IMG/VR virus record: IMGVR_UViG_3300020045_005258
Span: 1-47,568 of that record
Strand: one strand, 5' to 3'
Source: a virus
Lineage: Duplodnaviria > Caudoviricetes
Length of the DNA stretch: 47,568 nucleotides
In this document: piece by piece, positions 43,861 to 47,568 of the stretch
How the letters are laid out: each line of letters starts with the position of its first letter
Position numbering within the stretch: the stretch's first letter is position 1
Made by a program: the position numbers and the translations under genes
The notes under the pieces: model-generated
What the model was told of the DNA's origin: nothing
The model's input: only the letters and a program-made list of their open reading frames with translations
The model's database searches: none

Positions 43861-43893
43861 GACCCTTGCCTAATCCGCAAGGGTTTCTTTATT
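43861..43893 (+). terminator. rho-independent terminator
   Basis: GACCCTTGC/GCAAGGGTT stem plus TCTTT. Confidence 0.7.
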
Positions 43894-43909
43894 TCACTAG
43901 GAGAATATT

Positions 43910-44929
43910 ATTAAAGATGAACTACTAACACAGCGTCTTGTGTTTAACGAAAACGGAAACGATGCTACAAATGAAAGGCACTTGATTGGTGGAAACACCA
44001 CAGGTATTGCTAATCTGAATTCAGTAAAGTATCAATGGGCAAGTAAGCTATACAAGGTTATGCTCAACAATCACTGGATTCCTGAGAAGATTTCTTTAGT
44101 TGAAGACAAGACAACAATCAAGGAATTGACAGAAGATGAAATGATTGCATTCAAGAATACACTATCATTCTTGGTTGCACTTGATTCAATGCAGACTGCT
44201 GCTTTACCTAAGCTCAGTGCTTACATTACAGCACCAGAAGTGAGTGCTTTGTTTACACTTCAAGAATTCCAAGAGTTGATTCATTCTCAATCTTACCAGT
44301 ACTTATTGCAGGAGTTATTCCCGAGTACAGAACGAGAAGAAATCTATGACTACTGGCGAAAGAATCCTTTGTTGCTTGAACGAAACAAAAGTATCTCAGG
44401 AAAGTACCAATCATTCGCTGATAATCCAACTAAGGAAACATTCAAGCAAGCAATTGCAAGTGACTTCGCACTAGAGGGGATTTACTTCTATAATGGATTT
44501 AACTTCTTTTACCAATTAGCTTCAAGGAATAAGGTATCTGAGGTTGCTAAGATGATCCGATATATTGAAAATGATGAGGCCACTCACGTTGCAATGATGA
44601 CTCATTTGATTAAGGAGTTATTTGATATGAATAACCCAAATGATAAACAAATGCTAATTGATACTCTTACAGAAGCTGTAGAACAAGAGATCAAATGGGG
44701 GCAAGAAATATACGGTGATCGTATTCTTGGTATGTCAAAATCAGCTACTGAACAGTACGTTAAATTCCTTGGTAATAAACGTGCTAAGAGTATTGGTCTT
44801 GGTGTTCTTTACAAAGGATTCACTAAAGACCCTTATGAGTATTTGACTACTGAGAAACGAGAGAATTTCTTTGAAACCTCTGTAACGGAGTACAGTCAAA
44901 GTTCAGCAGTAAATGGATGGGACTTTTAA
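43910..44929 (+). CDS. nrdB: ribonucleotide reductase class Ia beta subunit (probable ATT start)
   Basis: DSMQ, ELIHSQSY, LEGIYFY, DEATH and NFFE motifs; AGGAG RBS lies 6 nt before ATT 43910. Confidence 0.92.
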   Translation: MKDELLTQRLVFNENGNDATNERHLIGGNTTGIANLNSVKYQWASKLYKVMLNNHWIPEKISLVEDKTTIKELTEDEMIAFKNTLSFLVALDSMQTAALPKLSAYITAPEVSALFTLQEFQELIHSQSYQYLLQELFPSTEREEIYDYWRKNPLLLERNKSISGKYQSFADNPTKETFKQAIASDFALEGIYFYNGFNFFYQLASRNKVSEVAKMIRYIENDEATHVAMMTHLIKELFDMNNPNDKQMLIDTLTEAVEQEIKWGQEIYGDRILGMSKSATEQYVKFLGNKRAKSIGLGVLYKGFTKDPYEYLTTEKRENFFETSVTEYSQSSAVNGWDF

Positions 44930-45933
44930 TGCAAGATGGGATGTATTGTGTCTATATCCATAGAAGGATAGATAATAATGATATAGTATATGTAGGGGAA
45001 GGGCGAAGTTCTAGGGCTAATAACTTTGGGTGTGTTGGGCGAAACAAAGAGTATTGTGAACTCATAAAAACTACTAAGTTATATTGTGAAGTAATTCAAG
45101 GTAACTTAACAAAACAAGAAGCAGAGGCTCTAGAAGAAGATTTAATCAGTAAGTACAAATTGGAGTATACTTCCTTGACTAACAAAGCAGCAAAGTCCAC
45201 TTGTGCTCTTTCGTATAAGAAGGAAGACTACCAAGATTTATTCGTAGTTGACCCGTATTCACCGAGTGGGTTACGATGGTTAACTGATAGGTATAATCTA
45301 CCAAATGGTAAAGGGTACAAGATAATCACTAAAGGAGATATTGCAGGTTGTAAAAATAAACTTACAGGTTATTGGTACTACATGAATAAGTCTTGTCATA
45401 GAATTGTTTATGCTCTCACTTATGGAGAATGTCCTGCTGTTCTGACAGTTGATCACATTGACGCAAACAAGGATAATAATTCCATTGAGAATCTTCAACT
45501 GATGAGCAGAGGATTGAATTCAGCTAAATCGCATGAGAATAGGGTTTACAATCAAGGTGAGGACGTGCATAGTTCAAAACTTACTAAAGTGCAGGTATTG
45601 GAAATCTATGAAATGTTTAAGAGTCACGCTTCTAATGAAGATGTAGCATCTATTTACAATCTTCACTCTAGGTATGTCTCTTTACTAAGGCATGGGAAAC
45701 GATGGAAAGAATTATACGAAGAAGTCAACCACCAGTTCAATGACTCATTTAAGTCAATATCTGTTACTGCTGACCAAGTTAAGCAAGCTCTTGATTTATT
45801 TCTAAAAGGTTTAAATAACAAGGAGATTTCAGAAATGACAGGTATAGAGAGGAGCACCGTCTCTAGATTAAGACACGGTAAAACATTGAAGAAAATTGTT
45901 AAATTTGTAGAGCAATCAAGAAAGGAAATATGA
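44929..45933 (+). CDS. homing endonuclease with GIY-YIG-like, HNH and HTH domains
   Basis: YCVYIH...VYVGEG...R and EAEALE; HRIVY...VDHIDANKDNNSIENL; two C-terminal HTH repeats. Confidence 0.85.
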   Translation: MQDGMYCVYIHRRIDNNDIVYVGEGRSSRANNFGCVGRNKEYCELIKTTKLYCEVIQGNLTKQEAEALEEDLISKYKLEYTSLTNKAAKSTCALSYKKEDYQDLFVVDPYSPSGLRWLTDRYNLPNGKGYKIITKGDIAGCKNKLTGYWYYMNKSCHRIVYALTYGECPAVLTVDHIDANKDNNSIENLQLMSRGLNSAKSHENRVYNQGEDVHSSKLTKVQVLEIYEMFKSHASNEDVASIYNLHSRYVSLLRHGKRWKELYEEVNHQFNDSFKSISVTADQVKQALDLFLKGLNNKEISEMTGIERSTVSRLRHGKTLKKIVKFVEQSRKEI

Positions 45934-46184
45934 AAACATTACTAAAATTTGAGGCTCCTTGGTGTTCGTCTTGTCGAGTTCTATCCAATCTACTCAAGGA
46001 CATTGACTTGACTGGAATCGAAGTAGTACCAATCAACATCGACGTGGATACAGCGAGTGCTAAAGCGTATGGTATTCGAGGATTACCAACAATTGTCCTC
46101 CTTGATATCACAGGAGAGGAAATTAAACGAAAGAGCGGAGCAATGAATGCAAGTGAACTCCGAGCATTCTTGGAGACTTCATGA
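45930..46184 (+). CDS. thioredoxin
   Basis: APWCSSC and YGIRGLPT. Confidence 0.9.
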   Translation: MKTLLKFEAPWCSSCRVLSNLLKDIDLTGIEVVPINIDVDTASAKAYGIRGLPTIVLLDITGEEIKRKSGAMNASELRAFLETS

Positions 46185-46537
46185 CACCAAAAGACCTAGT
46201 AAAGACCAACGACTACTGCGCATTCTGTATTGAAAGTACAGAAATCTGGAAGAATCTAGAAAAAGCAGTAAAGAGGAATATATCCAAGATAGAGCAGAGA
46301 ACTAAGTGGGATTCATTCTGTAGTTTCATTAAGCTACAACCTATTCCTACCGAGGATGAAACTTCAAAGCAATTGCAGGTTATCTCAATTAGACTGGATA
46401 TGCTCTTGACTGAATACTACAGGACTCAGTATTACAGCATGTACTCCTTTGAATCAATTGAGATTCACCCCAGTCTCAGGGATGCATTCTTTAGCTGGAG
46501 TCATGATAAGCTAAAGAGTCAAATGGATATTCATTAA
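46181..46537 (+). CDS. hypothetical protein
   Basis: GGAG RBS, ATGA overlap. Confidence 0.7.
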   Translation: MTPKDLVKTNDYCAFCIESTEIWKNLEKAVKRNISKIEQRTKWDSFCSFIKLQPIPTEDETSKQLQVISIRLDMLLTEYYRTQYYSMYSFESIEIHPSLRDAFFSWSHDKLKSQMDIH

Positions 46538-46560
46538 GCATAGGAGCAAGTAGAAATAAC

Positions 46561-46585
46561 AGAATCCGATTCCTTTGGATTCGTC
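46561..46585 (+). repeat. conserved intergenic hairpin, copy 2
   Basis: AGAATCCGATTCCTTTGGATTCGTC. Confidence 0.7.
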
Positions 46586-46590
46586 ATAAA

Positions 46591-46630
46591 GAAAACCCCT
46601 AGACGCCACTCAAGGTATCTAGGGGTTTTC
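46591..46630. terminator. bidirectional terminator between convergent arms
   Basis: GAAAACCCCTAGA/TCTAGGGGTTTTC inverted repeat. Confidence 0.8.
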
Positions 46631-46649
46631 TGCTTTGTGGTAATGGTAT

Positions 46650-46772
46650 TTCTACGTAGGATTGATTTTAAGCCTCTACAGTGCATTTAAGCACGTCTTG
46701 GCTATGGTTGTATTCCTTTGTACCTTAAAGAGGCTCCTAAGCGATCCTAGAGGCTCTAAGACAGCTCATGGG
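46650..46772. other. phased two-armed DNA element, gyrase-site-like
   Basis: TA steps at about 46657, 46669, 46677, 46688 and 46726, 46738, 46748, 46757. Confidence 0.45.
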
Positions 46773-46784
46773 ATGCTTTATTAC

Positions 46785-47315
46785 TTACTTACTGTTGTGC
46801 TTCAGAACAAAAGAATCAATACTTACTTTAGCATCATCGTACTGCCTGTAGCACGAGTTCAAGTAAACCTTTAATTCTTCCGTTCTTTGAGCATATTCTG
46901 CAAGATCAATTGCATCTTTTCGTAGTAGTCCGTTGTTAAGAACACTTCCGGTGCTTTCTGAATCTCTGGAATCTCTAATGAGATCACTTTCGCTGGAGGT
47001 ATCATTGGTGGTACTGGAGGGTTGTGCCCGCACCCACTCAAGAAGATTATTGTACTTATTAGTGCTAGCTTGTAATGCATTCTGTTTCTCCTTTAGTGTT
47101 TCTTGTGTTTTACTATCAAGAACCTTTTGATTCTTCTCTTGGTCTGTCTTTAAATCATTTAGTCTTTGAGTGTAAGCATCGTTGATTTCTTGTGTTCTAA
47201 CCTGCACAGCAGAGTTAACCGCTGAATTTACTTTATCTTCATGCCAAGACTTAGCACCTAGGACTAAGGCTAGAATTAATGCACCTATAATTACTGCTTG
47301 ATAATACCAAGACAT
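46785..47315 (-). CDS. Rz-like inner-membrane spanin
   Basis: N-terminal TM helix, coiled coil, C-terminal Cys; follows endolysin. Confidence 0.85.
   Translation of the reverse strand: MSWYYQAVIIGALILALVLGAKSWHEDKVNSAVNSAVQVRTQEINDAYTQRLNDLKTDQEKNQKVLDSKTQETLKEKQNALQASTNKYNNLLEWVRAQPSSTTNDTSSESDLIRDSRDSESTGSVLNNGLLRKDAIDLAEYAQRTEELKVYLNSCYRQYDDAKVSIDSFVLKHNSK
46871..47080 (-). CDS. Rz1-like outer-membrane spanin (embedded)
   Basis: lipobox LSGC, Pro-rich, fully nested in another frame, AAGGAG RBS. Confidence 0.8.
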   Translation of the reverse strand: MHYKLALISTIIFLSGCGHNPPVPPMIPPAKVISLEIPEIQKAPEVFLTTDYYEKMQLILQNMLKERKN

Positions 47316-47568
47316 TGTTGGTTCTCCTGAATTCTACGGTTAGTCAATCCACGTAAGGGTTTACCTTTAAATTTATCCCATTTAAGAATCTCTTGACAAG
47401 CTCCTGTGTAATCATACTGATTCAATCGTTTTACTAAAGTGCTATTGCAGAATGCACTTGTACCTATATTGAAACTCAATGAAACATAAGCATCGTACTC
47501 GTACTGCCATAAGGGTACTTTTATGCATTGCTTGATTTTACTTTCAAACCCAAGTGAAGTATTCTTGA
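47291..47568 (-). CDS. endolysin, GH24 lysozyme (5' end outside the window)
   Basis: FNIG..AFCNSTL...GACQEILKW...GLTNRR motifs; frame appears open to the window edge. Confidence 0.9.
   Translation of the reverse strand, partial: KNTSLGFESKIKQCIKVPLWQYEYDAYVSLSFNIGTSAFCNSTLVKRLNQYDYTGACQEILKWDKFKGKPLRGLTNRRIQENQQCLGIIKQ

Noticed and set aside
25476-44929. Introns or inteins in polymerase, nrdA or nrdB
   Set aside because: The ORFs are continuous and of normal length, with no intein termini. The endonuclease genes are free-standing.
699-47130. Antisense and shifted-frame ORFs in the track (e.g. 1226-1585, 4710-4991, 8894-9100, 33043-33417, 42218-42457, 46662-46874)
   Set aside because: They overlap well-supported genes and lack an RBS and recognisable motifs. 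The o-spanin is the only nested ORF accepted.

Overview
This window is the non-structural half of an AT-rich lytic dsDNA tailed phage (Caudoviricetes). The host is Gram-negative, shown by the endolysin plus embedded i-/o-spanin at the right end. No capsid, terminase, tail or integrase gene is visible. Layout: (i) 1-2054, a divergent gene pair and an SF2-like P-loop protein. (ii) ~2055-3630, a long non-coding stretch with ~11-bp phased repeats. (iii) ~3630-11540, leftward small early-type genes, many with their own TGnTAGAAT promoter, plus a SleB-type hydrolase. (iv) ~11690-12130, a divergence point with a strong sigma70 promoter and a ~290-nt highly structured non-coding RNA candidate. (v) 12170-46540, a rightward DNA-metabolism arm: denV, phosphoesterase, two deaminases, HU, ligase, primase-helicase, family-B-like DNA polymerase, two SSB paralogues, exonucleases, MTase, endonuclease VII, MazG-like and dATP/dGTP hydrolases, ThyX, NrdAB, thioredoxin and three homing-endonuclease-like genes. 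(vi) a convergent lysis cassette. The most notable features missed by the ORF track are a D-arm-less, pseudoknotted tRNA(UCU)-like RNA with encoded CCA and its own promoter (28566-28653), the large structured RNA, AUU start codons on both primase-helicase and nrdB, four phased gyrase-site-like elements, and a duplicated orphan HTH gene. All calls come from motif recognition by eye; no database searches or folding programs were run.
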